Shown here: positions 25,616-38,411 of the stretch, one piece after another
Layout: every line of letters begins with the position of its first letter
How positions within the stretch are numbered: position 1 is the first letter of the stretch
Assembly (NCBI RefSeq): GCF_000181795.1
Contig: NW_003526943.1
Span: forward strand, 9,594,849 to 9,658,848
Length of the DNA stretch: 64,000 nucleotides
Source of the DNA: Trichinella spiralis
Taxonomy: Eukaryota
Direction: 5' to 3'
Notes under the pieces: generated by a model
The model's database searches: none
The model's input: the letters and a program-made list of their open reading frames with translations, nothing else
What the model was told of the DNA's origin: nothing
Program-made: the position numbers and the translations under genes

Positions 25616-26179
25616 TAACTTTTCCATTACTTATAGCATTTTAAAAATAAAAACTGCTTTACTATTGTAATGACAATTAATAATAATATTCATAAAAAGT
25701 TTCTTTGCATTAAAAATAAAGTCGAAATATGTGTAAATTAAGGTTTATTTTTCTTCATAAATGACAAACTTTTATCATCATCAAGACAGTTGCATTATGC
25801 CACAAACAAATCTTAAAGTTAAAACCTGAGCATAGGCTTGTAGACTGCACGAAGCTTTGTTACGAGTTCGACTTTTTTGTGATTCATCAGAAATTAGAAC
25901 ATTTTGTATTGTTCCAGTCTTAGCAACAGACTTTCATCTGCTTCGCATATACCGTAGCACAAGAAATTGAACTCTTAGGCATTTCGTGAATGAGAAACAT
26001 GCTATAAAGTAAGTACATAAATATACAGATTCTTTGTATCTAACTAAGCCATAGTATGGAATATAATTTTTAAAATCTTCACTTTTAAATTAACGAAACA
26101 TTATAGTTGCGACTTAGCTCAAATTGATACAATAGATTATGAATCCAGGAATATTATTTATATAATTGTGATATATATC

Positions 26180-26182
<3 letters not shown>

Positions 26183-26211
<29 letters not shown>
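26183..26211. repeat. (AT)n microsatellite
   Basis: ATAT run. Confidence 0.9.
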
Positions 26212-26213
<2 letters not shown>

Positions 26214-29133
26214 GAGCTACTAAAATGTCGGGTATTTGTTAGTGCAATAATTTGCACACTGACGAAACTGTAATTAAAAAATTGATTGCCCGAACGCAAA
26301 ACTAAAGTGCGGCTGTGCTAAGCAAAACGTGTTTTTAAATAAAATACAAAAAACCGAGAAAACAATGTTTGCTGCACGTGCATGAGAAGAACTTCACAAT
26401 TAGCAAAAAATATTTTTTTGCCAAATAAGGTCATCAGGAAAAACGGCAATTCTTTTAACGGCTAATAAAATTTATAACGGCAGATTCAATTTCCATAAAG
26501 TGGGCGTCACTAGGGATATCGCCAAAAATTCATAAATTAATTTTAAAATTTAAATAAATATTTAAAATATTTATGAAAATCAATAAAATCACTTATGAGC
26601 ATTTACAAATTAATTTTAAATAACTGCTGCAATTTTAGCTAAATAATCCTGACCGAAGAGAATTTTCAGTTTATGAAAATGATTTGTAACATGGTATTTT
26701 ATTTTATTAATTAATTAAAATCTGCATTATGACAATTAAAAATATTTTGACTGAGTATTGGTCCCATTAACTTATGCAATAGTAATTTATTAGTACTTGC
26801 CCATTATATACTGTAACAATTTTCAATATGGAACTGGTGAATTTTTTATTCCATGAAAGAATTACAATAAATTGAATAAAATGTGCAGTATATCGGGTTA
26901 TTCTTAAAAGATTTTGCCTTTGTTATTTAAAATTCAAAGTGAATATTCGTGGTTAGAAAGAAAAATCTTTCTTTGTTCATCTACGTGGAAGTGAACGCGC
27001 GTTAGGATGGAATAAAAAGAATACAGACAACCCATTTAACGCATAAGTACATAATTATATATATGTATTGGATTTGGAGATTTTTTTCAGAGTGAAATTG
27101 TCACGAACACGGGTTTAATCAACATCGTTTGTGTATTTGAATGCTTCATCGAACCGAAACTAGCGGAAGTAGTGTCGATTCAGCTGTACACAGCGATACG
27201 GTAATTTTGAATTTTTCTTAAAACTACATTCCGAATGGCTTTGTATATTTCTTTTCCAACTTCCGCGGCCCGACACAGGTCATCAACGGTCTACAAAAGG
27301 AAACGCTTACAACCAAGAGGTCATCAAACAAGGCCAATATCCTGCGACATGTCTTCTGGCCTCAACTTCCGCACGTATACAGGCCGATTTCTTGCCAGTC
27401 TTGGCGCTCTAGTAATAGCTGGAACTCTGAAAATGTAAACTTCTGCCAAATTACTCGAGAAATCATTCCTTCCTTGCACACGGTTGAACGTTTTCCTCTT
27501 CCAAATAGACATTAATACGGAAAAATAATTTTTTCATTTGTAACAACTAGCTTCTGGTAAGTCCGGATCTTGATTAAAATTTCTAGTCGACAGTAATTTG
27601 TATATTGTATTTATTTGTATGTATAAATTTTATACCAATTGTTGCAGAGGTTCTTTTCAGTTAAGTATCTAGTTATTAGTGACAAGGAAGTGCAAGAACT
27701 GCATTGTCCAGGTCTTAGGACTTCATTTTTTGAACGTTTTTCTCAGATGACTTTCATGAAAAATTGTTCTTTCAATTATCTTGAATATAGCTGTGTTGCA
27801 ACAATTGAATGAACTGAAAACAGCAACCGCTTCTATTTTCCACATTACAGTTATGCAGTTAATTTCAATTATTTACAAAATACTGTAGATAAAAATTAAA
27901 CGTAATATGGAAGTTATTCTACTGATGTATTGATTGTATTTTTCATTATTAAATTTATCAGAAATGCATATTCATGTTTTAAAGTATTTCTTATAGGATA
28001 AAGAGAGAATATAATGCATTTTATTTGAAAGATTATTGTGTGACAAAGAGGACAGGTTTTGCTTGATTTTACACTTGGAAAGGTTTCATCTATTAAATAA
28101 TATAAGTAACTTTGCATCAATTATTATTGAACCAGTTTGATAGGGTAGGTATACATTAGTATATCGGAAGAAGTATTTTCACATTTTGTACTTTTTCTCA
28201 AAGAAATTGCAAAGCACTTTAAAGATTTTTTTTTTATAAATTTACATCTTGTAATAATATTTTCATTGTAAGTGGATTTAGAATTTTGTTGAACACTGTA
28301 ATCGTAGTGAGTGACATTAAAAGTTTGGAAAGTTGATTTTTAAAAGTTATAAAATAATAATAATAAATCTTGAAGTGTTGGTAGATAGAAATTATTTTAC
28401 ATACTGTACATTGTTTATAAATTTTTCAAAACACCATGTCATTACTGATCATTTTCTTTATTAAATGAACAATCAGGTAAATATTTTTTTTGTAATATTT
28501 CAAATATGCTGAAGTGAATTCTGTTGTACAGTTGTTTATCTAATTTGTGAAATGAAGCGTGTTCGAAGTGTATTCATTGTTTTAGGTCATACGTTTGTTT
28601 TTGTATGTTTTTTGAATGAACCTGCTGATTATTTTTGTTATTACGAATTATTTGAAATAAAAGCCATGCTTAAGAATGACCTGAATAATTTTCTGCCAAT
28701 TGGAAATAATTTTGACGCTACATTTGCCGGTCAACAAATTTAGTTCGCATTTTCAACTTGCTCATGCTGTCAAATGAACAATTTAACTGCAATGATTTGC
28801 ATCAGTGATTGTAATAACAGTGATTTAGTCGATATGTGTTTATTTTTGTTTTCATTTACTTGTGTATATTTTAAAAATTATCTTGCAGTTTATTATTTCT
28901 ATTGTGTTGTTTGAAAAGAGGGAATGTGGAAATGTTTTGCAAAAATAAAGCGCTAATAATTTGATAATAGCTTACAAGTTTAGAAATAATTAAAAACAAT
29001 TTTTTGAAGGAAGCATTTTTTTCAATTTTCATTTATTAAATTAATATTCTGTACTGCATGCATGTAGGAAAGTGATTTTACATTTATTATTTATCATTGT
29101 TATGTTAATTTAATTTCAATTTCAGAAATAACA

Positions 29134-31915
29134 ATGGATGAACAGTTGGGCAGTGGGGATGCTGGATCGTGGTTGAGTTTCGTAGATTGGTTGGTTCTTG
29201 GTTTTGGGTTGCTGGTGGCGTTGGCTTACTTTTGGCAGAATAAATTCGAAAGCAGACGTTCACAGATTTCTGTATCATTCAAGCCCATAATCCCTGCACA
29301 AACTAGCAATGGAACTCTCGATACGCACAGTTTTGTAGCTAAAATGAAAGCAGCTGTATGTTCTCTTTAAGCTTACACTACTTTGAAAATATTTTTCAAT
29401 TTGTGACTTTTGTGATTGTGTTTCACTTTATGCACAGGGGAAGAATATGGTTGTTTTCTATGGTTCACAGACTGGTACAGCCGAGGATTTGGCATTTAGG
29501 TTGGCCAAAGATGCAGTTCGTTATGGAATGAAAGCGATTGCGCTTGATCCTGAAGAATATGATCCAGTAATTTGTTTTTTAAAAAATTTTAAGAATATTT
29601 AAAATATCGATTGATTTGTTGTTCTCATTGGAGGAAGATTTGTATTTGTTGGCGGAAATTCCCAATTCGTTAGCAGTATTTTGCATGGCTACTTATGGTG
29701 AAGGAGATCCGACCGATAATGCTCGTGAATTTTTCGAATACTTGCACAGGTCGGAGGCAGATTTGAGCGGAGTGAATTACGCTGTAAGTTATTTGAAACA
29801 AAAAATTAAATTATACAAGCTTTTTTTGACATGTTAAAAAAATGAAAATTATATTTGAAACTGTATTTGTCCAGTTTAGGTTTTCGGTTTGGGCAATAAA
29901 ACCTACGAGCATTTCAATGCGATGGGAAAATACACTGACAAACAGTTGGCAAAAATGGGTGCCACACGTCTGTGTCAACTGGGAATTGGCGACGACGACG
30001 GAAAGTATGCGTGAAGAAAATAATATATTATTATTGTCAAAATATGTATTTTTTTGTTTTTTTTAATGTTCAGTTTGGAAGAAGATTTTATTGTTTGGCG
30101 AGAAGAGTTTTGGTTGTCGGTTTGCAGACATTTTAATATAACCAACGTTGGTGAAGATGTTTCGATTCGAGAATACGAATTGTCCATTATTGAAGACTGC
30201 GATACCAAGGGTGTCTTTTGCGGAGAGGTGTCTCGATTGGGTGCTTATCGAAATCAAAAAGCGTAAGCAGTATTAAATTTATTATTGCGATTTAATTATG
30301 CGCTTGTTTGTTCTGCTGAAGACCGTACCATCAGAAGAATCCATTCCTCGCAACGGTGATTGTCAATCGAGATTTGCATTGTGGAGGAGATCGCACTTGT
30401 CGGCACATTGAATTCAATTTGACAGGTTCTAGACTTAGGTAGAGAGCTTTGTAATTTATTATTTTTGCAATATTCTGTTATTTATACGTAATGCTTTAAG
30501 ATATGAAGCTGGGGATCATTTGGCAGTTTATCCAGAAAATGATGGAGAACTTGTTGAACAATTTGGAAAACTGTTCAACGTCGATTTGGATACGGTTTTC
30601 ACTTTGACAAACGTAGATCGTAAGTGAACCGGTATTTAATAAATTTAAATTAAATTTAAATTATTTAATTTAGCTGACAGTAGCAAACGCAATCCTTTCC
30701 CATGCCCGTGTTCGTTTCGTACAGCACTGACGTACTACGTCGATATTAGCACACCACCGAAAACCAACGTCGTCAAAGAGTTGAGTCAGTATTGTTCTGA
30801 CGAGAGGGAGAAAAATTTCCTGCTGAGCATGGTCACAATGGAAGAGAAGAGTCGGGTAAAATTCAACACTGTTATTGTTGTTGATTATTTGTTAAAAAAA
30901 AATTTTTTTTGAACATTGTATTATAGCGAAAATATTCAGAATGGGTTATTCATGATCATCGAACATTGTTGGATATTTTGATAGAATTGTCCAGCTGTCG
31001 ACCACCGCTTGATTTGCTTCTGGAACTGTTGCCAAGATTGCAGCCTCGATTTTACTCAATTAGCTCATCTCCGAAAGTTGATCCGTCGTTGGTATCGATC
31101 ACTGTTATCGTTTTGAAGTACACCACCCCAATTGGACGCCCTGGTAAAGGGGTGGCTACAAATTATCTAGCATCCAAGATTGCCGTCGAAAACAAACCCC
31201 ATCCACAAGTATTTCTACTTGAAACAGATATTTCCCATTTACAAGATATTTGTTTGTTGAATCAGGTGCCAATTTACATCAGACGATCTCAATTCAGACT
31301 GCCACATTCGCCGTCAACGCCAGTGGTGATGATTGGACCAGGTACAGGAATAGCGCCGTTTCGTGGTTTCATTCAAGAACGTGCCATGCTTAAACAGACA
31401 GGTATATATATATGTATACCGTTGAGATTTTTCACTTTGAACACTGTCAGGTCGTGAGGTTGGTCCGATGATTCTGTACTTCGGATGTCGCAAGAGAAAA
31501 GAGGATTATTTGTACGGACAAGAGTTGGAAGCTTGGCTCAAGGATGGAACGCTCAGCGAATTGCACGTCGCTTTTTCACGCGATCAGCCACGCAAAGTTT
31601 ACGTGCAGCATTTGATGCTGGAACGAAAACAGTCAATTTGGAGCTTATTGCAAAATGGTGCTTTCTTCTACGTCTGTGGGTAAGTTGGATGTGATGAGGA
31701 ATCAGACGAGGCGGTGAATCAATGTTGTCCTTGTTTATTTGTTTGTTTGTTTGTTTGTTTGTTGCAGCGACGCCCGAAATATGGCGAGAGATGTGCACAG
31801 TGCTTTGATGCAGATCATTGCCGGAGAAGGTGACATGAATGCGGACGAAGCGGCCGCGTATTTCAAGCAGCTCGAATCGCAGAAACGTTATCAGGCGGAT
31901 GTTTGGAGTACGTGA
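29134..31915 (+). CDS. POR: NADPH-cytochrome P450 reductase (emb-8 orthologue)
   Basis: 12 GT-AG exons; N-terminal TM anchor, FYGSQTGTAE, ATYGEGDPTDNA, FGLGNKTYEHFN, PRLQPRFYSISSS, MIGPGTGIAPFRGF, YFGCR, YVCGDA, YQADVWST*. Confidence 0.97.
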
Positions 31916-32195
31916 GAAGAGAAGAATGTTTCGTCTTTTCGGTGAACAAACAACAAATATTAATAATAATTTCTACGGCTGATTTGTACATTGCTTGTTA
32001 ATCCTGCCAAATTAATAAAATTGTCGCTTATAAAAAAACAGTAGAAAAAGCTTCAACCGCTTCTGCATTGCAATTTTCATGCCCATTTGTGATCGATGAT
32101 GTCCTCCATCGTATTTTTTCATTTTATAAATTTCATCCAAATAGCGCGGTTGCAGAATTGAAGCTTCAGAAACAAATTGATTAGAGTATTCAGGG

Positions 32196-32813
32196 ATGAG
32201 GTTGAATGGGCGGACTTCGGTCTCCGGTCGGCTGGTGATGTTGGTTCCGTACGGTAAAGCGCACGTGGCCCGCTATCATCAGTGGATGCAGTGCGACATC
32301 TTGCGGGCTCAGACTGGTTCCGAACAGCTCTCTTTGGAAGATGAGTACAAAATGCAGAAGAGTTGGCAGGAGGATGAGGACAAGCTGACGTTCATCGTCG
32401 TCGCCAAGCAACTTTGGCAAGAGAGCCGTTTCGACGACGTAGGGGCGATGGTCGGCGATGTCAATCTCTTCTTCACGCCCGACCAACGTTCCGCCGAAGT
32501 GGAGGTGATGATTGCCGAACCAGCGTGGCGTGGGCGTGGCTTGGGCAAGGAAGCGGTGAAGATGTTGCTTGTCTACGCTTTTCAGCAGCTCCACGTTGAA
32601 CGATTCGTGGCGAAAATCCGTTCGGACAACGAGCCAAGTTTAGCCTTGTTCCAGTCGCTTCAGTTCAAGCAATTCTGTCGCGTTGACGTGTTCCAAGAAC
32701 TGCACATGGAATTGATTCTTCATCCGGATCTGGTGAACGTTTGGAAACAGGACACAAATTATGCTGAACTTGGATATCCATGCGCACAAATGAACGATCA
32801 AATGGAACAGTAA
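32196..32813 (+). CDS. NAT9: N-acetyltransferase 9-like (GNAT)
   Basis: Single-exon ORF with MRLN..VMLVPY..HV.RYH.WM, SEQLSLEDEYKMQKSWQEDEDKLTFIV, MVGDVNLF, EVEVMIAEP..RGRGLG. Confidence 0.95.
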   Translation: MRLNGRTSVSGRLVMLVPYGKAHVARYHQWMQCDILRAQTGSEQLSLEDEYKMQKSWQEDEDKLTFIVVAKQLWQESRFDDVGAMVGDVNLFFTPDQRSAEVEVMIAEPAWRGRGLGKEAVKMLLVYAFQQLHVERFVAKIRSDNEPSLALFQSLQFKQFCRVDVFQELHMELILHPDLVNVWKQDTNYAELGYPCAQMNDQMEQ

Positions 32814-33684
32814 TAAATTTGAGAGTGAAAAAGCAAAAAAAAGTTTTGTCAAATCAATGATATTGTCATTGTAGCGAAAATGTTTTCTTCATATTTTATC
32901 AGAGTAAACATTGAAAAATTATTGCCAGTAGTTCTTTTGTAAAGAAAATCAAGTACTGTTTTAGTTTTTCAAGTTCGAAAATCATAGTCATTTCATTAAA
33001 CAAGAATTTTCATTTGAAAAATATGGGGTTCATTGTTTATTTACATACTTTATCAAATGAAAAAATAATTTCATCAAATATATTTAAAAATCATAAGAGT
33101 TTTCTAAATTTCATTAATATTTTTGTTATTTTACAAAACTAGACATGTTGAAATCTGAATGCATATAGTTTGGCTTTCAACATTGGAAAATATTTAAATT
33201 TTTTATTAAAATTTTAATATATTTAAAAGAGTAAAGAAGACAATCTATTTACAAGCTGTTTACAGTCTGTTGTCTTGATTATCCAAAACAGGTTCTTTTC
33301 AACGTGAAATCAGAACAAATAAATCAACACGCTTTTATATATAATTTCATGAAACCTGCTGAAAGTGTGGCGAAATGGAAAGCGTTTGCAAGCATCAAGC
33401 ACTTTTCGCTATTCAATGAAATTCACATTCTGAAGAAAAAATAACAATAATTTCATATCCTTTGTTGTCAATCATTTTTATTACATTTTCACAAAATTAA
33501 AAGAAATCATTCATCACTTTGTTCCATTGTTGACGAACTTGTCAGTGGACGGACACACGGCTGTACGTTGAAAGCCGTATGTTGTCAAGTGATCCATCGG
33601 TGTTTTTTTCACAATTGAGCATTATTTATTTTTGATCTTCTAAAATTACATTGTCGTTGTTGATGCATATTCCGGGTATTTTGA

Positions 33685-35706
33685 ATGAATGCTTCAAAAG
33701 TAGCGTTTGTGATACTTTTCCTCTGCTTTGCAATGTCGGTGTTGTTGATTTTCACTTTGCAAAATTATCTCCTCAGAGATGATTATGAATTTCTGTTGGA
33801 GAACCACGTCGCGTTGGACCGCGTTGGGAAAACCGTTGACCAATCACTGCTGGCACAGTTGAGACCACGACTGCGGCACAATTCGAGCAGAGCAAAAATC
33901 CGAAGCCTGCTTTCACTGCCTTGGGCAGTTCTTCTTGGACAGCCTGACTGCTCTGACGAAGTCACAGTTTATGATTATTTGTTAGAACATTTCGGGTATA
34001 GAGACAGCGAAAAATTTTTTTCATTTTCAATTTGAATTCACAGGCAAAAAATTATTGCTTTTATTTTCAAATTTTAATTATTTCAGCAACGATATACAGA
34101 ACACGACAATCTGGGATCGTTACTATTTATCCATGAGCACCTGTCGCATGTACAATAGTGAAACTGTTGTGGATCAACTGTTGAACTTGCTAGTGACAAT
34201 GCCAATTCAAGATGTGAAAAATATGGAAGCAGGAACTCAACTGAAATTGCTGATCACGTTTGAAAATAATTATTCTGCTTTGTTTAAGCCAATGCGGTAC
34301 GATTGTTTGTTATTTGAAACAACCAAATGATTCCATTTCCTTTTTGTAATGATATAAATGAAAGTTGATTTAAAAATGATAGAAAATGCTCAGCAATAAC
34401 TTTAATCAATAAAAAATTGTTTCAGACAAAATCGAGAAGAAGAGACAAATCCAAATCACTTTTACTTTTCTGATTTTGAAAGGCACAACGCCGAAATAGC
34501 GGCATATCATCTTGATCGGTAAAACAAAAAAGCATACAATAATAATAATAATACTTGCTTTTCTTAAAAAACATTTTTTTATTACAGTATACTTAAATTT
34601 TACAAAGCTATTCCAACAGTTGGCAGACGAATTAATGTCACTGCAGATATTGAATTGAATTCCAAATTATCACCGGGTCTTAATGATACTTTTTTCCTAT
34701 CTCCAGGTACTGTTATTCAAGAAGAAGACATTTCACTTGTTGATTACGATTTGCTTTTGATTGATAATTTTCAATAGCCAAAAATAAATGCTTTTATGGA
34801 AAATGCCTTTACTACTGTGACTTTCTACACCCAATTTGTGGCAGTCCAGACATGATCGAAGGTTCTATGCAAATTTTCTTGCCTGATGAAGAAATGATTC
34901 CAACCGATTACGTTCGATCTCCGTTCAGAAGGTTGCAGTTGATTTATTTGCATTTTTGTTTGAAAAAACCTTTTAAACGTCTGTTTAACTGACAACAATA
35001 AAATTAACTGCAGAACTTATTCAAGAAACAAACAACTAGCAGAATGGCAGTATAACAAAAATTTTTGCAACGAAAAAGTTGTTCGACTAGAGCCGTACAA
35101 TAATGGAAGTCGACTACTGGAGATGATCGACGCGTACATTTTTGATTTTCTCATTGGTAAACTACGTAATAATTTTGCAATTCCAATAAACTTTTCGTCA
35201 TTATGAACAATAATTTCAATTTCAGGAAATCAAGACAGACATCACTTTGAATTTTTCAACCTGACCAATAACGGACATCTGGGCTTCATAATGAATCTAG
35301 ACAACGGAAGAGGGTAAGCTCGAAGCATATGTATATTGATTGAGTTATTGCGATATTTTCATACAGTTTCGGCGATTCAAAGAAAGATGATTTCGACATC
35401 TTGGCACCTCTTGTACAATGTTGCATGATCAGGCCGAGAACGCTGAAGCGACTGCTCGACTATTATTTCGGACCGGTATCACTTTCGACCGCACTGAATC
35501 GTTCCATGGCCAGTGATCCGTTGGCGCCAATATTGGCTGACAAACATCTGCTCGCCATTGACAGACGTTTGGAAGCGGTGCTTTTACAAGTGAGCAAGTG
35601 CATCAATGACAAAGAAGGACATTTTGATCAAGTCGTCCGAACAACGTACAGTAACGATTTGCCTACAATTGCCGCCGAATCTGTCCTCGTCGACATACAA
35701 TCTTGA
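33685..35706 (+). CDS. FAM20C: FAM20C-like secretory-pathway Ser/Thr kinase
   Basis: Type II TM anchor; [83 protein letters not shown]. The FYFSDF segment favours FAM20C over FAM20B. Confidence 0.9.
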
Positions 35707-36024
35707 GTAATTTGAAAATAAATTTCAAAACGTGAAATCAAATATACAAAAGAAAAATTAAGCTAATCATGTTGTTAACATTTTATTTTGAGAAAAAAAT
35801 ATACATGCAACAACAACAACAACAACAATATTCTTTTTTTGTGTATCATCCCTGCACTGTACCATTCGTCTACCCTGCTAAACGTGAAATTCACTGTACA
35901 TTTGTTGCAAATGAATATTTAATACGACAAAACAAAAATCAAAAAACCCTCATGTATAAGAATTATCATAATTTGTAACTGCAAAGTTAAACATAGCCAA
36001 TGAACAACAACAACAACAACAATT

Positions 36025-38411
36025 TTACCCTTTTTTGGCTCTGCATTTTGGGCCCCAATTTTTTTGAGGATTCATCTGGTATCGCAAAAAGCCTTCAAGT
36101 TTACTTGATGGTTCCGCATCCGATCTGTTCGTAAAATCGACATTATTTCTAAAAATGGAACACTTCACAAGAGGTGAAATTAAATGAGAAAAAGAAAATG
36201 TAAGTCCCACGTTCTAGCTGTTTTAAGAATTGCGGCGGATGGTGATGAGGATGAATTATTTATTTGGAAAGTATTATTTTTCATCTCAGCCCAACACTTC
36301 ATCGCATCCCACAGAAATGCATTTGGAGCGTCTGTTTTGATTGCAGTTGGATAAGCATGCGACGAAGAGACCCGAAATCCAGCATTCAATATTGCAGATC
36401 TTGAAATAGTGTTCATCTTGAAAGCAAACGTCAATTATGACAAGCAGTGCTTGCAATTACCGAAACAAACGTTGCTTTGGAGTGGGCAAACGCAAAATAC
36501 CGGCTAATCGCGATAAGCAATAATATAATGGCACATCTGGAAGTTCCTAGAAGAAAATAAAAGAAATTCAAATCAAACACAGCATACCAGTGTTTAACGT
36601 TTTCAAAAATTACTTCACGAATAACTTTCAAAATTCCCAACAGTCGTTGGGTGGTGCTTAATTTGAAGTCAGTTTTAGCCATACTGGCCACTGTTGCAGC
36701 TGTCCGGTCCACAAATCCGACATCGTGAATAGGATCTGACCAGATAGGGCCCGCAATCTACAAAAAATAATGATATCAGAAAAAGCATTATTTCTAAATT
36801 TTAACAAAATATCTATCTATATAAAGAACTTCACGTGATATTTGCCACCGCAATGTGAACAAGATTGAGGTACAACAGGGCCAACAGCGTTGACAAATTT
36901 GACAAAACCTTTTTCTGAACACATTCGTCGTGCTAATGGTTGAATTTCAAAGCTTTCACACGATGCACATTGAAAAACCATGCTCTTTTTGCTGAAGCAA
37001 TAACGCAATGACGAAAAATTATTATAAGAACTAACAAACAAACAAAAAGTCTAATCTAAATACCAAGCTGAATGTTTGGCCACAGCTGCACCGGTAAACA
37101 CTTGCACAAAAACTCTGATGTAAAAGTCAACGCTAACAGAAATTAACGGCTTCACATAACGGCCATAACAATTTGCTCGACTTTCCAAACAGCACAAAAG
37201 AATGCGAAGAGCCTCGAAAAAGCAAATATAAAATTTATCACAAGTCTTAACAATTGTTCATTGATTTCATTCCAATCTCATATACGAAACGCTTCAAAAA
37301 ATATGCAAATGTTTCAAATTTACCAATTCATGACAGCATTTTGCTCTCAACGACATGCTTCCGTATTTTGCAAAACAAGATTCAGGAGTGTTCCCACATA
37401 ATACGGCCACATCTGTGCAAGTGATCATCAACAAACCTGCAACGTTTTATAATTTCATCCAACTGCGAACCATTTTTATCTTAATCAAGTGCTAATTATT
37501 AAAAATGCTTATTTACGCAATTCACAAAACTGCATTTTCTCTCAATTGCATAAAATAAATTGTTAACAAAAAACTGTGAAAAGTCGACTTTTAGTTCACT
37601 AAGTAATTTTAATATTAAACAAGTGGGCAAAAATAAAAAACTAAGCAAAGGGCGATTATTTTCAAAATTAATAGAACAAAATTTACTACAGGTGAAAAAT
37701 ATATAAATAAAACCAGACAGTACTTTAAGAAATCTTACCACCATCGGCGATAGCTTGAACGGCAGAATCGAGGAACTGAGAAGCACATCCATAAGGATCC
37801 AAGTCAATTACATGGAAACGCTTCAGACGGCTTCTGTGTTCATACATGACAGAGCTAAAAGATAAATTTTGAAAAAAACATTTCCGACAACATGAACTTA
37901 CACAGCATCCGCTTGTGAAGCTGTAACCAGATGATCCACCTCGTTTTGCATTACGTTTCTTTTAATTGTCTCTATTGCATTAACAGAAAGATCATTGGCA
38001 ATAATTTGTTTAACCATTGGAACTTCTTTAGCATAACGAATAGAACGCAAACCGGATGCTGATAAAGCGTCAAGAACGGTGATATTGGAATTAAAAGACT
38101 CTTTTGAATCAGCTATTTAAAAAGAAAATAATGCAAACCAACGACAACATGTTTTATACAAACGAACTTGATTTACACTTTTTCTTGGATGACGGCAACT
38201 GTTCATCCGAATCATTTTCATCTGTATTCTGACATTCAACGAATGTTTTCAATACAGCAACACTGAAAAAGTCAAAATATTCAAACTGAACACTTTGAAT
38301 TAAAACAGAACGCAACCTTAAATCTCGATTAAATTCTTGAACTGGATTATAAAAAACAGATCCTTTACGAAAAGTAATTTTAGCTTTGCCCTCTTTTATT
38401 TCCAAATCCAT
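36025..38411 (-). CDS. TRMT1: tRNA (guanine26-N2)-dimethyltransferase
   Basis: [81 protein letters not shown] across minus-strand exons. Confidence 0.95.

Noticed and set aside
27223..27512. Minus-strand frame reading YTCGS-TGA-GQKTC, resembling a CxxU selenoprotein motif
   Set aside because: No similarity to SelW/SelT/SelH outside the motif, no convincing splice model or SECIS seen; the region is better explained as POR regulatory DNA.
33455..33463. ATATCCTTT, a U12-type 5' splice consensus
   Set aside because: Lies outside coding exons, with no TCCTTAAC branch point or matching AC acceptor.
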